A DNA stretch of 64,000 nucleotides from the human T2T-CHM13v2.0 reference genome, Homo sapiens, in assembly GCF_009914755.1 (NCBI RefSeq), contig NC_060939.1; one strand, written 5' to 3'. The notes beneath the pieces were generated by a model. The model worked only from the letters and a program-made list of their open reading frames with translations. It searched no databases and was not told the origin of the DNA. Shown piece after piece: positions 1 to 14,170 of this stretch; the stretch's first letter is position 1; each line of letters opens with the position of its first letter. The translations under genes and the position numbers were made by a program.

Positions 1-114
1 GTTAGATTTTTAGTATCTAGTAAAGCCTTGTGTCCTCAAAAATAATTTTGTGAAATCAAAATGGGTTTCCAATCATTATATAATACTGTTACTGTTGCTG
101 CTACTACCTCTCCT

Positions 115-357
115 ACTGGTTAACTATTCCTTGGAACTTCCTGTGTGGCAAGCATTGATTTTATGCTCTTTTTAAAAATCATTTCATTTATGGAAAAACA
201 TTCTGTACTTTTATTACATTCATTTTACAGATGAGGAAACTGGGGCACAGAGAAATTAAGTGACTTGTCCAGGAGGACAGGGCCAATAACCGGTGGAACC
301 ATAAGAAAAAAATCCAGGTACACTGATTCTAGCATGTGCACTCCTAAACATTATGCT
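115..357 (-). mobile_element. MIR SINE
   Basis: Reverse-complement MIR core cattttacagatgaggaaactggggcacagagaaattaagtgacttgtcc at 221-270. Confidence 0.85.
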
Positions 358-2024
358 GCAACTCTCAAAAATTGAATTAATTTTTCCTTCAATTCAGCAT
401 TACTTAGTATTTCAAAAATAGCAAGCTGACTTCTCCAGAAATCAAGAAGTACTACCCTCATAACATCTAGGCATGTGTGCAAGAAATTCTTTTATCACTG
501 GCTTCTATAATTGAGCAAGGTTAGCATGTGTCATTATGAATTATTGCACAATGTAGTAAATTATTTAATTACTACTAATGAGGAAACATACTGTACATGG
601 TTGTAATTATTCTGTTGGAAAACAATGTTGCCATTTGTACATTTAAGAAACACTTGCTACATACCAAATTAACTCTTGAGGGAAGTTTATTTTGTATTTC
701 GGAATAATCAAACAACTCTAAATGTTGTTAATGGATGTTAGATAGGATTACAAGGAAACTAAAAAATACACAAATCAAAGCTGACGTTCCTAAAAGACTC
801 CAAACCAAAAACATCTGTTAAAAAGGTAAAAAAATAATGATTTCATAGTTCATGATATTCTACAGAAAAAGCACAAGATATATTTACTGTTTTTACTTTT
901 CCAAATTGTTTCACTGCTGCTCTTTTCACAGTTTTTGCAACATATATAATATAGCAGTTTGTTCACCTACTTTAATCACCCAACAAATGGCTTTGATAGC
1001 TTAATAATCTTAAGCAGAGCCATTTATTTTCAATGTACTTTGAGTAAACTGTTATCTACGTTTATTAAGTGACTGTAGTTATGCATAGTCTTGTTATTTA
1101 TAAAAGAACACAGTACATACATAGCCCTGGGATGTTTTGACAACACATCTTAAGTAAAATATTAGTAAAATAATTTTCAAAATATAATAAAAGTGAGAAA
1201 GAGTGACTTGTTTGTGTTAGCTACAGTATACATTATTGAGAAACTACTGATATGCATTATTGAATTTGTTGTAAAGCCTTAAGTACGTAATAGTCTTGGA
1301 AAGCCCAACTCGCCCATTATTTCAAAGGTTAGGTACATGTTATATGGTGAAACTGACTTTCATAGACCAGAATGTAACGGTGATTTGATTTACAACATCT
1401 TTGCTCCTTGAAATATAACAGAGGTAATGTAGCAAAGCCATTATAAACAGGGAAGAATAAAAAAGGGAAATATCAGAGTTCAAGACACTCAAAGAGGGCA
1501 TTTGGTAAGTCTCTCTGCTTCCAAGGACACGAACAGTTAACTGTCTGTTTCTGACAGTTGCCTATCATTAAATAATCATATTCAAGCAAGATAAGTGATA
1601 TTATCATATTTGCTCTGTTGTCTTGTTTGTTATATTATCCCAAGGTCAGCTGCCATTAAACTGGGTAATCCAAATCAAACAAAAGTTTTGTCCTCTTATG
1701 AATAATGCATATATTGGAATCATATTATGATTTGCAGATTTCAGCACTTGTCAAAAAACTAGTAAGAAACTGTTTCCTGTCACCATGTTAGATTTAGGCG
1801 TAACAAAACAAGAGAAAAGAAAACATGTTTTATATGTTCAGAGAGATCGCTGCTCAGTTTGCAGTATAACATAAATTACTACATAGTGGTTATTTTACAC
1901 TAACAGTATTTTATCAACTAGAACTACTGTAAAACATATAGAGTGCTCTCTATTTTAATGGTATTTTCTGATGTCACCGTGTCAAACTAGAAGAATTGCA
2001 CTTTGATTCGTCTTTCAGATCTCA

Positions 2025-2695
2025 GCTTTTTAATCTTATTAAAATATAATTTACATGTTGGAAAACTCACCCTTTTTAGGATACAGTTCTTTGAGTTGTG
2101 ACTAAGGCATTTAATTGTTTAACCACAATTAAATTAAAAGACACAGAACAGTTCTATTCCCCTCTCCCCCAATATTCCTCTGTGCCCCTTTATAGCCAAC
2201 CCTCCACCCCAAATCCTGGCAACCAGAGATGTTTTGTGTCCCTACAGCTTTGCCTTTAAAGAATATTATTTCAGTGGAATAGTATATTATGCAGCCTGTT
2301 GACTGGTTTCTTCTACTTAGCATAAAGCATTTGAGATTCATCCCGTGTTGTTGAGTACAATAATTTGCTCTGTTTTATTGTTGAGTAATATTCCATTCCA
2401 CAGTTTGTTTATTCATTCCTCAATTGAAGGACAGTTGGGTTGTTTCCATTTTATGGCAATCAAAAATAAAGCTGGTATAAATATTCATGGTACAGGCTGT
2501 GGTGTGAACCTAAATTTACATTTATATTGGTAAATACCTAGGAATGGGACTGTTAGATCATATGGGATGGATATATACATTTAATTATAAGAAATGCTTG
2601 ATGGTTTCCAGAGTAGCTGTGCCATTTTGCATTCCTATCAGCAATGTATGAGAGTTCCAGTTGCTCCATATCCTCTCCAGCACATGGTGTTGTTG
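2025..2695 (-). mobile_element. Ancient L1 (L1MB/MC/ME-type) 3' fragment
   Basis: Antisense L1 motifs ttgggttgtttccatttt, aaatacctaggaatggg, ccattttgcattcctatcagcaatgtatgagagttccagttgctcc. Confidence 0.85.
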
Positions 2696-2711
2696 AATAT
2701 TTATCCATTCA

Positions 2712-3664
<953 letters not shown>

Positions 3665-3694
3665 ACCTTGTTTATCTGCTTTTTTTGCCATTCT

Positions 3695-3934
3695 ATGGTC
3701 TAAGTTTAAATGTCACTGCCCTATAGACATCTTGTTCTTCTCTTTTTGTAAACCTGATTCGTCACTCTCTTTTCAAATCATTTATTATCTTTTCTGCCTT
3801 CTTCTTTAGACTCTCCACACTAGAGTCAGGAAACATACCTGTCTTACTCGCCATTGTATTCCTTATATCATTAAGGCTTACCATAGTGCCTGGCATACAT
3901 AGATGTTGAGTAAATATTTGTTGAATCAGTGAAT
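3695..3934 (+). mobile_element. L2 3' fragment
   Basis: catagtgcctggcatacatagatgttgagtaaatatttgttgaatcagtgaat L2 terminus. Confidence 0.75.
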
Positions 3935-3947
3935 ACTTCTTTGAAAG

Positions 3948-4185
3948 TAGCATGTATGGAAGAAAAAGCACTGGAATTGGAGTTGGAAAATCTGGTTTTC
4001 CATTCTAGTTCCAACAGTGGCTTTGTGATTGGTGACAAGTTACTTATATTCTTTGAGCTTCAATTTCCTCTCCTGTACAACTGAAAAACTAACACCTATC
4101 TTTAGAGATGTTTTTAAGATCTTAAAAGTCAGGCAATAAACATGAAACCCATTAGTATCTGGCACACTGTTGATACCCAATAATC
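3948..4185 (+). mobile_element. MIR SINE
   Basis: gacaagttacttatattctttgagcttcaatttcctctcctgtac core. Confidence 0.7.
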
Positions 4186-5484
4186 ACTGGATTGGAGTGG
4201 TTTATGACCTACCACTAGACATTTATAACTGTATGAGCAATATAAAATATACTAACAAACAGTGTGAACAGGGAGTTTATTTGGACATACAGATAGTGCT
4301 AACTCTCCATGTATTTGGCATTATATACTCAGAGCTCCCAAATAATTAAGATAATTTTTCACTTTAGAAGTGGATCTTTTGTTATTCTGTCAACCTAGCT
4401 ATGTTCTTCAGAGTCAAAGGTTCTACACACGATATACTATGTACATGTCACCATGAAAACTGATAATTTGTCTACTCCATTTCAAAAAAAAAAATTCCTG
4501 AATGTTTAAAAGCAATTCTTCGTAATGTAGTTAGAGTTTGTACTCTCTGGAAACAAGATTTTTTTTTCTTTCAAACACTCCTAGACAAACAAGGACATTT
4601 AGTTAAGAAGCTTATTATGATTCTGTCTGAAATGCTTTCTTACCAAAACCTATTGTATCCCTTAGGATTTCAAGGCAATAAAAACCAATAATTTTAATAA
4701 AATTATGTCAATCTTCCCGCATACAACTAAGGCTAACAACATAATCTAAATGTTAAACTATAGTGGAAAAGAAACTACGTAAACAATGCATAAGGTTACT
4801 TCACTCAAAATTTATACAGATGGTTTTCTTACAAAATTACGATGATCAGATATGATTAATGATACGATTTAAGATTATTGGTCTTTAATAGAGGCAAAAC
4901 ATGATGACTCACTGACAAAGCAAGCTAATAGCAGGGAGGGAGAGAAGGTAAGTTTGTATATTTGATTACAAAGCAAAACAGATAAGTAAAACCACAGAGT
5001 AAATAATGATTATATTATATGAAACTTTCATTGTTTCCTAACTTACATTTATATTAACTTTTCTGGAGATGACGTTTTTTAAACATATAAATCGTCATTA
5101 GGAACCTGACAACAGTTCTAAATCAAACCTAGGGTTTAAAACATCATTTGCCGACAGACATCCTCCAAGTGTTTTCCGCAGAGGCACATCACTTCTGATT
5201 ATTCCCAGGCTATTTTAAATGATCTTGGACAGGGCTACTGAATGACTTGTCAGCGAACAGGAAAACATTATGACACCACTTCTCCAGATTTCTTCCCAGA
5301 ACACGAAATATTTGGGATCGTTCTAATTGAATCAAGGCTAGCTTGAAAAAACAAGTTAAGCTTCACTTTAAAGCTTTCAGTTTTAACTGGAGGAATGCTT
5401 CTAACATATGGCAGCTGGGCTCTGACTCACAGCAACCTTCAAATTCTGGCCAAAATGTCTGTTTCCTGAGATTGTGTCTGATAT

Positions 5485-5552
5485 GCCTGTGTATCCCTGG
5501 TGGGGCCCAGCAAGCATTCAGTAAATGCTATTGTTGGAACGAATGAATGAAT
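5485..5552 (+). mobile_element. L2 3' tail fragment
   Basis: gcattcagtaaatgctattgttggaacgaatgaatgaa. Confidence 0.5.
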
Positions 5553-7679
5553 TAAAGGGCTCCTAATTAGGAGCTACAAATTCTTCCAGCAACAAAATAA
5601 TCCCATAGGAAAGCTGCAATGTACTTGGAATTGGTATCTACGAAGAGTTCTATTTTCAGCTCCTTTACAAATTATTTTTATCATTTATGCTCAACTTGGT
5701 CTTTCTTGTTGTTGTTTTTTTTAAACCAAGATGTGAAAAGCACAGAAGCATTTTCTAGAACATGAAAGACCAGTATACTTTGTAGAAAGTTTCATTTGTA
5801 TGTAGCTTGTGTGTGATAATTATTTTTAAATCTCAGTTAATCATCATATATTTTCTCGGAGCAGACTTTGGGTGAGGCACTACGTGAAATGTTTGAAAAA
5901 GATAGTTAAAAGGAAAAAGTCCTATTCTTGACTATGCACCAAAAATTGTAACTAACACTAGTAGAAGGTAAGCAGTTTCCAGTAAGGCAAGTGGTTATCT
6001 AAAGAAATACTAAATTAGAACTGCTATCTCAGAAGTATAAACAATTGCTATAATACTTTTCAATCAGACATCTCTCACATGAAAGCCTTGTGAAATAAAT
6101 GGAAGACAGAAGCCGAAAAAACAGAAAAGAAAAAAGAAAAGAAAGAAACAAAGATCAGCAGAGATACCACTAAAACTCCAAGAACCAAAAGTTTGTATAT
6201 GTGCTTTAAAAAGCATCCCTTTGATATTTACTCCGAGGCTTTTTTCTCTTATGTAAGACATAATTCTGACAACCTTGATGTCTGAACTTCCAGTATACCG
6301 GAGATATTTTGGAAGCACAACAGAGACTTGTGCTCATAGGCGCAAAGAGAGACAATAAATATTGAAGGAAGAGATTTAAAAAATGATAAAAAGTTAGACC
6401 TAAGAACTCAAAAAGTATGGCAGCATGGAGCCATTTAGCATAGGGGCAAAGAGCCAACCACACCTGCCGAGTTTCTGAGTGCATCCTGTATTACAGCATA
6501 CTGTACACACCATAATAATTAATGGTTATAATGACTTTGAATCACTAAGGACGTATTAACCCATGAACTCTAAGAAGACAGGGACTTACATAATATATTT
6601 TGAAAGCTCCCCTTCCCCCTATAAAGTGATTTAGTTTAGGCACTTATAGAAATACGCTGCAGAAAATTAATTTTTTATGATGTACCTCATTTTCTGATAC
6701 TGCCTTGAATGTGACATGGTATACATACCTAAAATAATAACCCTAACTATTTAAGACCTTACACTCAAGGACTTAGGTGTTCTTGTTTCAGTAAGCTGTG
6801 TTCTGAAGCATACTGGAAAAATAAAGCGTGTTCCATAGGAAGCTACCTGCATTATACACAGGCATTTTATTTAACTCTAATATTAGCCAAATATCAATAA
6901 AGTAAAAACTCTTCAAACACAACCCTTTCCCCCTATTTAAAGCTAGAATGTTTTTGTAAATATTTACTGGAGTGATGAGTGTTCAGGGCTCAAGTTTATT
7001 TATACATCATTCTGTGAAGGTATTTGTTGCAATTGCTATTTATATAATAATGTTTAACCTGCCAGAATTCTGGAGAAAGAAAGATTAGCAGTTAAAGCAA
7101 GTTCAATGGGAAAAAAAGAAGAAAGCCATAGACACAACTTGGCGTTGTTTCCATTCAGTGCAGGTGAAGTGACAGGTTTCTAAAAGTATGCTTTATCCAT
7201 GCACACACATGATACCGATACCTTTTTCTTGGCTGCAACGATTCTTTTTCAAAACTGCTAGCCTGTTTCCAAGGCAGCTGCAAAACGTCCGTGAAAACTA
7301 GTTAATTTGTAAGAGGCATGGAAACTGCTGCCTCTCCACCTGCCAGGCTAGATCCACATCGTACAGACTCTACAATGGCAGGAGCTGAGGGTCCTGAGAT
7401 AAATTTTCTCGGCTCCTGCATAGACGGAGGAAAGGGAAGTGATTGCTGAGAATGTCCTAGACATGGACGCGGAGCTCAGATGCTTTTGGGTGTTCTGTCT
7501 CTTTCACTCCACATATTGTCCTGGATGCAGAATAATACTTTTTGTATTAAAGTCACCGTGGCCACCTCCAAATTGCTTTTACATTTTATTGTTATTATCA
7601 TTATGTTGTTGTTAATGAGAATGCAGCTGAAAGGCTAAGTTTGACACTTAAAAACGACCAAAAATCCAGCAGGCAGGAA

Positions 7680-7810
7680 TCATCCCCACTCACAGATAGG
7701 GTAAGTGAAGCTCAAAGAGGCCTCTGGTTCAGCAGATCACACCGCTGATGGTAGAGCTGGGACTTGAACGGGGGTTTCTGACTCCCACTCTAGTGCTCAC
7801 TACATGTTGC
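7680..7810 (-). mobile_element. MIR fragment
   Basis: atggtagagctgggacttgaac...ttctgactcc. Confidence 0.65.
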
Positions 7811-9458
7811 AAGATGCTAAGTATTGAAAACTGATTTCCTGTTCCTGAAGAGTTTATATTTTGAGAAACACAGGTTGGCAAGTGTAAGGAAAGTTTTCCA
7901 TGGTAGGACTTTGAAAAGGAAACAGGAGGCTGTTTTTTATTTCTTCTTCAGAAGATTTTTTGTCACCACTTCTATCTTTCTTTCTGTTCATACACTTTTT
8001 ATATTATCTAATCATTCCTGCCACGAGAGATAATTTACATGGCTCTTCAACAACATGTCACCAATAAATCACCAAACACATTTTAATAAATCAGGCCTTA
8101 TAACAATCTACAGTAAACCGGATCATATGATGTTGAGCATATACCAAGCCTGGTCATCTGATGGGGGTTTTACAGTCTCTGGTCCTTTCTGTGTGACCGA
8201 GAAACACACACAGTTTACAAAGGGCCCCCGTGTCTATCATGACATTGGCCTTAGAAGTTAAGAATATACTTGCAGTTATGTCTCTTCATTTTTATGGCCC
8301 TGTATTTCATTAATTTCATTAAGTCTTCCTTGTACATTTTAATATTTCATCCATTCACATGGTCAGGAGGTCTAGGCAGGCTGATTCATATTTGCTTACC
8401 AATAGCAGAAAGGAAGGGTTCCTATGATTAAGTCTAAAACTGACCTCCTTTCCACATTTAAGGGATTATCATTTGGCATCTCTGCTCCACAGACCTTTGC
8501 TCTTAACACCATTTGCTTGGTATGAAATACTGAATTCATTTAGAAAAGAACCATGATTAGGTACTAGGGCTTTTGAATTAAAACGTGAAATACTTAATTA
8601 GGCAAAATAACATGGAACATTAATGGCAGGGATTTTAGAGGAAACAAAAATGTGGCAGCCTTAGGGTTAAATGACTTTTAAAAGTCTCAGGTATAGGGAA
8701 TGACAGACCCAGAAATAAAACCCTCAACATCTCATACCTGCTCAATGTTCTGATCATTTGTCACACTCTAGGAAGAGACAATAAATATATATCTGTGGAA
8801 AGTCCATAAGATGGAAATGAGGTGGCCTACCTTTCATCATTTGCAATGATCACAGACAAAGCCATTTATAAAAATACCTGCCATAACAGAAGCCGCCGCA
8901 TCTCAACCCAAAATGGGAAGACACAGAAGAGGTTGATAAAAATGAAATCATGATACACGAATCCTCATCCTATCACCAAAGTGGTTGCCCAAAGAGGGGT
9001 CTCCACGGTTGCCTGATGAAAAGCACAAATCATGGACTACCCACTGGGAAAGTGGGGACAGAGAAGTGAGGGAATGGCCTCTTCTTCAGAAGGCTGAATG
9101 GCTGGACTCTGTCGAATGAATAGATAACACCATTGCAGAACAGACAGTGGAGATGAAAGTAGGAGCCAATGAAAACAGAAGCAGGGAGGAAAACCATCAA
9201 AGGCGTGAAAAAATAACAAAAGTCCAGGGACTGATGTGATCAGCACCCACATGCTAAAATTGCAGCTCGAGAGAGCCGTTTGAAGCTGCTAAAGAGATTT
9301 AATACAATCTGGAATGAACAGAAATTGCCATCAAATAGAACAGAAGGGCCACCAAGAGACCTTAAGGAAGGGCAACCTAATGGAATGTGAGCCCTGCAAA
9401 GAGCTCACGTGGCAATGTCCTTTTGAACATCTCAATCATTCTAAAGTGTCGTGTAAGT

Positions 9459-9495
9459 CACACACACACACACACACACACACTACACACACACA
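9459..9495. repeat. (CA)n microsatellite, one interruption
   Basis: Direct reading. Confidence 0.95.
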
Positions 9496-10817
9496 GTCCA
9501 GGGTCTGTGGGGAATTTTGATGGGAGGTGCTCATCAAAAGTCTTAAATAATGCAAGGCAATGGCAATCCATCCGATCTTCCACTCTGAGGACCAGGAGCA
9601 AAGAACAGACGCAGGTTTCATCAAAGCAGCCTCTCATCTTTCTAGCACATCTGCAATGTCCATCTCACCAGGGGTGACCTTCTGAGTGAACTTTGGGAGA
9701 GACGTGCTCTTTGGTTTTGTCTGGGTTGCAGTTTAATTCAGCAGGAAGCGGGCTGTGGCTGGGAACCACAGCACAAAGAAAATCACGGTAAGGAGGTGAA
9801 AAATGCGGGACTGATCGACAATAAGTGAGATGAAATAAATGACTGGTAGTTTTTTATGAGACCAGCAGAAGAAAAATATATAGGTATATATGATAGGTGA
9901 TCACTTTTAAGGCTTGTTCCCCATTGCTGTTACTAAGTAGGCAGTGATAGAAACAGCACAATTGAGCAATAACACTGAGATCAGAGAGAGAGAGAGAGAA
10001 GGAAAAAAAACCCCAAAAACCAAAAGGATCAGAGAGGCTCTTTAGGACTGTGTCCAATCCAGGGCGACCATCCAAATACAAACTTTGAATTTCATTCAAG
10101 TGCCATGTGGATAAATTGCATTGTGGAGATAAAATATAGAGACTTTAGAAAATGATTCTGTTTTCATGCAGATCATTGTCGATAACTCCTCAGGACTGAG
10201 AGTGTTTTGGTTTGTGCAAGGTAGAAAAATCAGAAGATAATAAAAAGTTCGTAGTAGATAAAGCTAAGAAGTCATGTCACCTAAAGTGTATGGGCCAGTG
10301 GTCTTTCCTAATTTCAAACAAAGGGAGAAAGAACGTATTCTAAGTAGGGACAAGTTAAAGGGAATTTGCATTTGGAGGTAAATAAAATTTCTATTGCCGC
10401 TCAATTATCTTCACTCTGCCAGGCTGGGTATTATTACATAGACAGTGGGGAATGGAAAATTCTTTCCTCTTGAATGGGTTCAATCTCTCAGACCTCAGAA
10501 GATCTCCAAGGGAATCTCCATAGCAGGAGTGGCTAGACCCTTGTTTCAATATCTTCTGTCTCTAACCCTTGGTTGTTCATTTCATATCCTACCATGTTTC
10601 CAGCACTGAATCAGCCCCAGAATAGGACATGAGTAGAATGAAAAAGGGATTCGATTTGCCATAGCTTTAACCTTCCTCAAAGTCTTCTGTGTTTATGTAC
10701 TACGAGTTTTCTAGTGATATGAAAATGCATCTTTTTAATAATTCTATTCTGCATTTTCTTTGTCTTGGTAGAAAGCAAAATCAACATGTATCTTTACCTC
10801 AAACAATCTTGAGTTTT

Positions 10818-10819
<2 letters not shown>

Positions 10820-10868
<49 letters not shown>
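10820..10868 (+). repeat. Uninterrupted poly(A), 49 nt
   Basis: Direct reading; no adjacent Alu or L1 body. Confidence 0.97.
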
Positions 10869-10870
<2 letters not shown>

Positions 10871-11920
10871 TGGAGTCTTCTTTGCACGAGGAGTCTAGAG
10901 AACTCTTAGCACCTAGTAGGTGCTCAATAAATACCAGCCAATAGGCAGGGCTCCTTTCCTCTGACAGCTGGCCATAGACACAAGCTGCTTTGGGAAACCT
11001 GATGGAGAGACCCGCCTTTCTGGCAGAGCCATCCTCACTCTTTCATCACTGCACTCAAAGATATTACTGATGTTGGTCCTCTGGTTTTGCTGCTTTTTTC
11101 CTCTGACTGGACTAACTGAGTCTACTCTGCTCACTAGCTGCCACTTCAGAATCCTGTCACGCAGCGGAAGGCCAAAGGACATTTTCCCCTAAGTCCTTTT
11201 AACTTCCTGGCATTCCGTTTTTCAACCCCACATTAAAGGTGCTGATGTTTCATCCTAGTCCTACCAGCCAATGGGTGGCCTCAAGTTAGACTAGGCAGGG
11301 CTTCTATCGGCTCTTTCCCTGTTGGGCACAGGGAGAAGGAACCCAGAGAAATGTTTCCTCAAGCTCATTTTCTAATTTTTCCTTGGATGCTATCACTGAA
11401 GTTCTGAGATCATGTATTAAGAAACAGACACATTGGAAACTAACATACAACAGATGTCAACCTAGGGCCAGGACTGGCCAGCAAGACTGATTTTTTGCAA
11501 GTTCTCAAAAATAATTTTTTTCTTTTTGCTTGCCTTTTTTCCCCTGTGCCCTTGTCCAATGCCCAGTCATCTTATAATCCATTAAAGCTGGTATACCAAT
11601 TCTGTTTCCTTCCCAAGACAAGACCTGCCAACTTGAAAAATAAAAATGAACCTCCCCTCTTTTTGGCATGTTCCTCCAAGCCTCAACTAACCCCGGGCAG
11701 AAACTAGTGGATGTATGCCCAGTTGAAGCCTGAGGTTAGAGTCATAATTTTTACCTCCTTTAGCGAACAATTCCCTGGTATGTTCCTGAATTGTCATTCT
11801 TAGTATATTGCTAGACCAGGCATTAGCAAACCCAGCAGACTGGCATTCTCTGCAGTTTGGTAGAACAAGCCTGCTGTCATACGGAAGCTGAAATCCGAGA
11901 CACCTCTGTACCTAGAAGAA

Positions 11921-11973
11921 TCTCTCTCTCTCTCTCTCTGTTTTTTTTTTTTTTTTTTTTTTTTCTCTCTCTC
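11921..11973. repeat. (TC)n-T24-(CT)n pyrimidine tract
   Basis: Direct reading. Confidence 0.95.
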
Positions 11974-12684
11974 TGTTTTACTCTGTCCCCAGGGGTAAAG
12001 TATTTTCTGCAAACATGAAATTAGTTTATATTTTAAGGGCTTTGGATTTACTAATTTTGACTAAGTTAAAAAGGGCAGAGCAGTCTCCTAGTACTCTCCT
12101 GAGTGACTCAATCTGTGATTCTTGGGAAGGGTTTAATGGACATATTTTATTTTCGTTCAGGGTGACCTCACTGATCATTGTGCAAAATGCCTTTTCTTTT
12201 TTTTCCTCCTTAAAACAAAATAACTGCAATTTTCTAGGCATTTCCTAGAGAAGGAAACTGTATTTTTTTTTTTACTTATCTTTAAGGCCACTGTTCAGGA
12301 ATTTTTTTTTTTAATTCTATTTAAAGTGTAGGTGAAGGTGATTATATCTTTCCAAAGTCAGTAAAACAAATGTGTTGCATAAGTCATTTCAATTCAATTA
12401 AGAGAAACAGGTCAGATGCTAAAATATTAGTAAAATCAATTATGAGTAATAGGTCTCCTGTATAACATGTATCACTACAACCGCCTCTCTCATAATATTT
12501 GAATAAATTTACATTTGTTTCGTATCTCTGTGTGCCTGTAATATACAGGGGCGTCACTTGACCATAAAACCTTCTCTATTTCCTTCTCTTTGTTACATTT
12601 TCTCTGGTGTGCCTTGGAAATGACATGTAGACTAACCCTTTAGAGTGAAGGTTTTTCTAAGGAGAGAAAGCCCGGTGACAAATT

Positions 12685-12890
12685 AAAAAGAGCTCTGGAG
12701 TCAGATCCAGCTTTGAATCTTGTCCTGTCGCTTGTCAGTTGGGCAGGGAACTTCATCCTTGGGAGCCTTGATTTCCTCACCTGTGAGGGTAATAGTACCT
12801 TTCCACGGGGTTGTTCTACGATTCAAATACAACAACTTGCTGTAACATGCCCACCAGATTGCCAGGCACGTCTGGCATTCATTAAATGAA
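12685..12890 (+). mobile_element. MIR SINE
   Basis: ctctggagtcaga...gagccttgatttcctcacctgt...taatagtacctttccacggggttgtt. Confidence 0.75.
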
Positions 12891-12973
12891 TGTCTCTTTG
12901 TGAACTCTTTTGAAAATCCTAAAAATTACTAATATATAAGAGAAAATAATAATCACAAAATCTCAATTTGATA

Positions 12974-12975
<2 letters not shown>

Positions 12976-13020
<45 letters not shown>
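12976..13020. repeat. (TG)22 microsatellite
   Basis: Perfect run, direct reading. Confidence 0.98.
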
Positions 13021-13022
<2 letters not shown>

Positions 13023-13910
13023 GGATTACAGCCACAAAGTCACCTGAAAAAAAAAAAAGGTGTCAAAGGGAAAGACTTTCTTCTTACTATTTGGTAAAAG
13101 GGCACCCTCAAAATCTCAGGTAGACAGTTCATGGGAAGGCCTTATGGGACAATAAATTTCTGCTGCAACCTCAGTAGCCTTTCTTTCAGACAAACAACTG
13201 ATATCTCATATGGGGAAATTATGTGAAAAAAAAAAGAATACAACATTGAGTCTATGCCATAATTGGAAAAACATGAAAATGACATACATATATGATAAAA
13301 AATGAAAAAGGAAAACTGGAAATTTTTTGGTAGGTTAGTAAAAAAATGGTCATTTTTTTTCCTTTGTAAAATCCTTTATTCTTACAGGACTTTTGAACAT
13401 TTAAGTGAAAAATAGAGAATTGTGTGATTAGAAATTCATCCTTTTAGGCTGACAGGCTACAATGCCTGTCGGTTGAAAAAGATAATATCTCAGGAAGTTA
13501 AGTACAGTTTGGCTTAATGGAGTACTTTCCTCCTAATCGCACAGAGGAAATGCAAGCATTGGCATTGACTGCTGGGGAGGAGGAAGGAAGGACAATTTTG
13601 GAGCATGGGCCATCAGCTGAGGGGAGCAGACCTGGAGATAGTAGACCCTAAATCGAAATAAAAAAATTGGAGCAGCAAGGCAAATCAGTACAAATGCAAC
13701 CTCTGGAAGGTTCTAGTTGTGTAGGAAAGAGCATTAAGGTTGATTCTTTTGGAGTGTTTCTGTGTATTTTTGAGGAAAAGAGGCATTCATAGGGCGCATT
13801 GATGAGAAAGTCCCAAGAAAAGCATTCAAGGGTTTGGAATGCAGTTCACGGACAATCTGGCTTATAAAGACATGGCTTCTGTGTCGGTTCTATGACCCTT
13901 TGTGGGGAGG

Positions 13911-14170
13911 GGGCAGCATGGCACAGGAGAAAGAACAAGGTCTTCAGGGCTTGACAGAATAAGGTTCAAGCCCATCTCTGCCACCCACTAGCCATGTGTG
14001 CTGGGCAAATGGCTTAATATCTAAAACTCAGTTTTCTCAAGAAATAGGATACTTAATATTTATAGTAATCATAAGGTTTAAATGAGATTATACACACGCA
14101 CATGCAGACAGACACTGACATGCTTACATACATATAGCTGCCTGGAGCATAGTAAGCTCTCAAATAACGC
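13911..14170 (+). mobile_element. MIR SINE
   Basis: ggttcaagcccatctctgccacccactagccatgtgtgctgggcaaatggcttaa...ctcagttttctca. Confidence 0.8.

Noticed and set aside
360-2020. AT-rich unique stretch as a gene 3' UTR
   Set aside because: No upstream coding exon or convincing poly(A) site architecture is visible.
10500-10868. Processed pseudogene ending at the A49 tract
   Set aside because: No AATAAA near the tract, no TSD and no recognisable mRNA homology.
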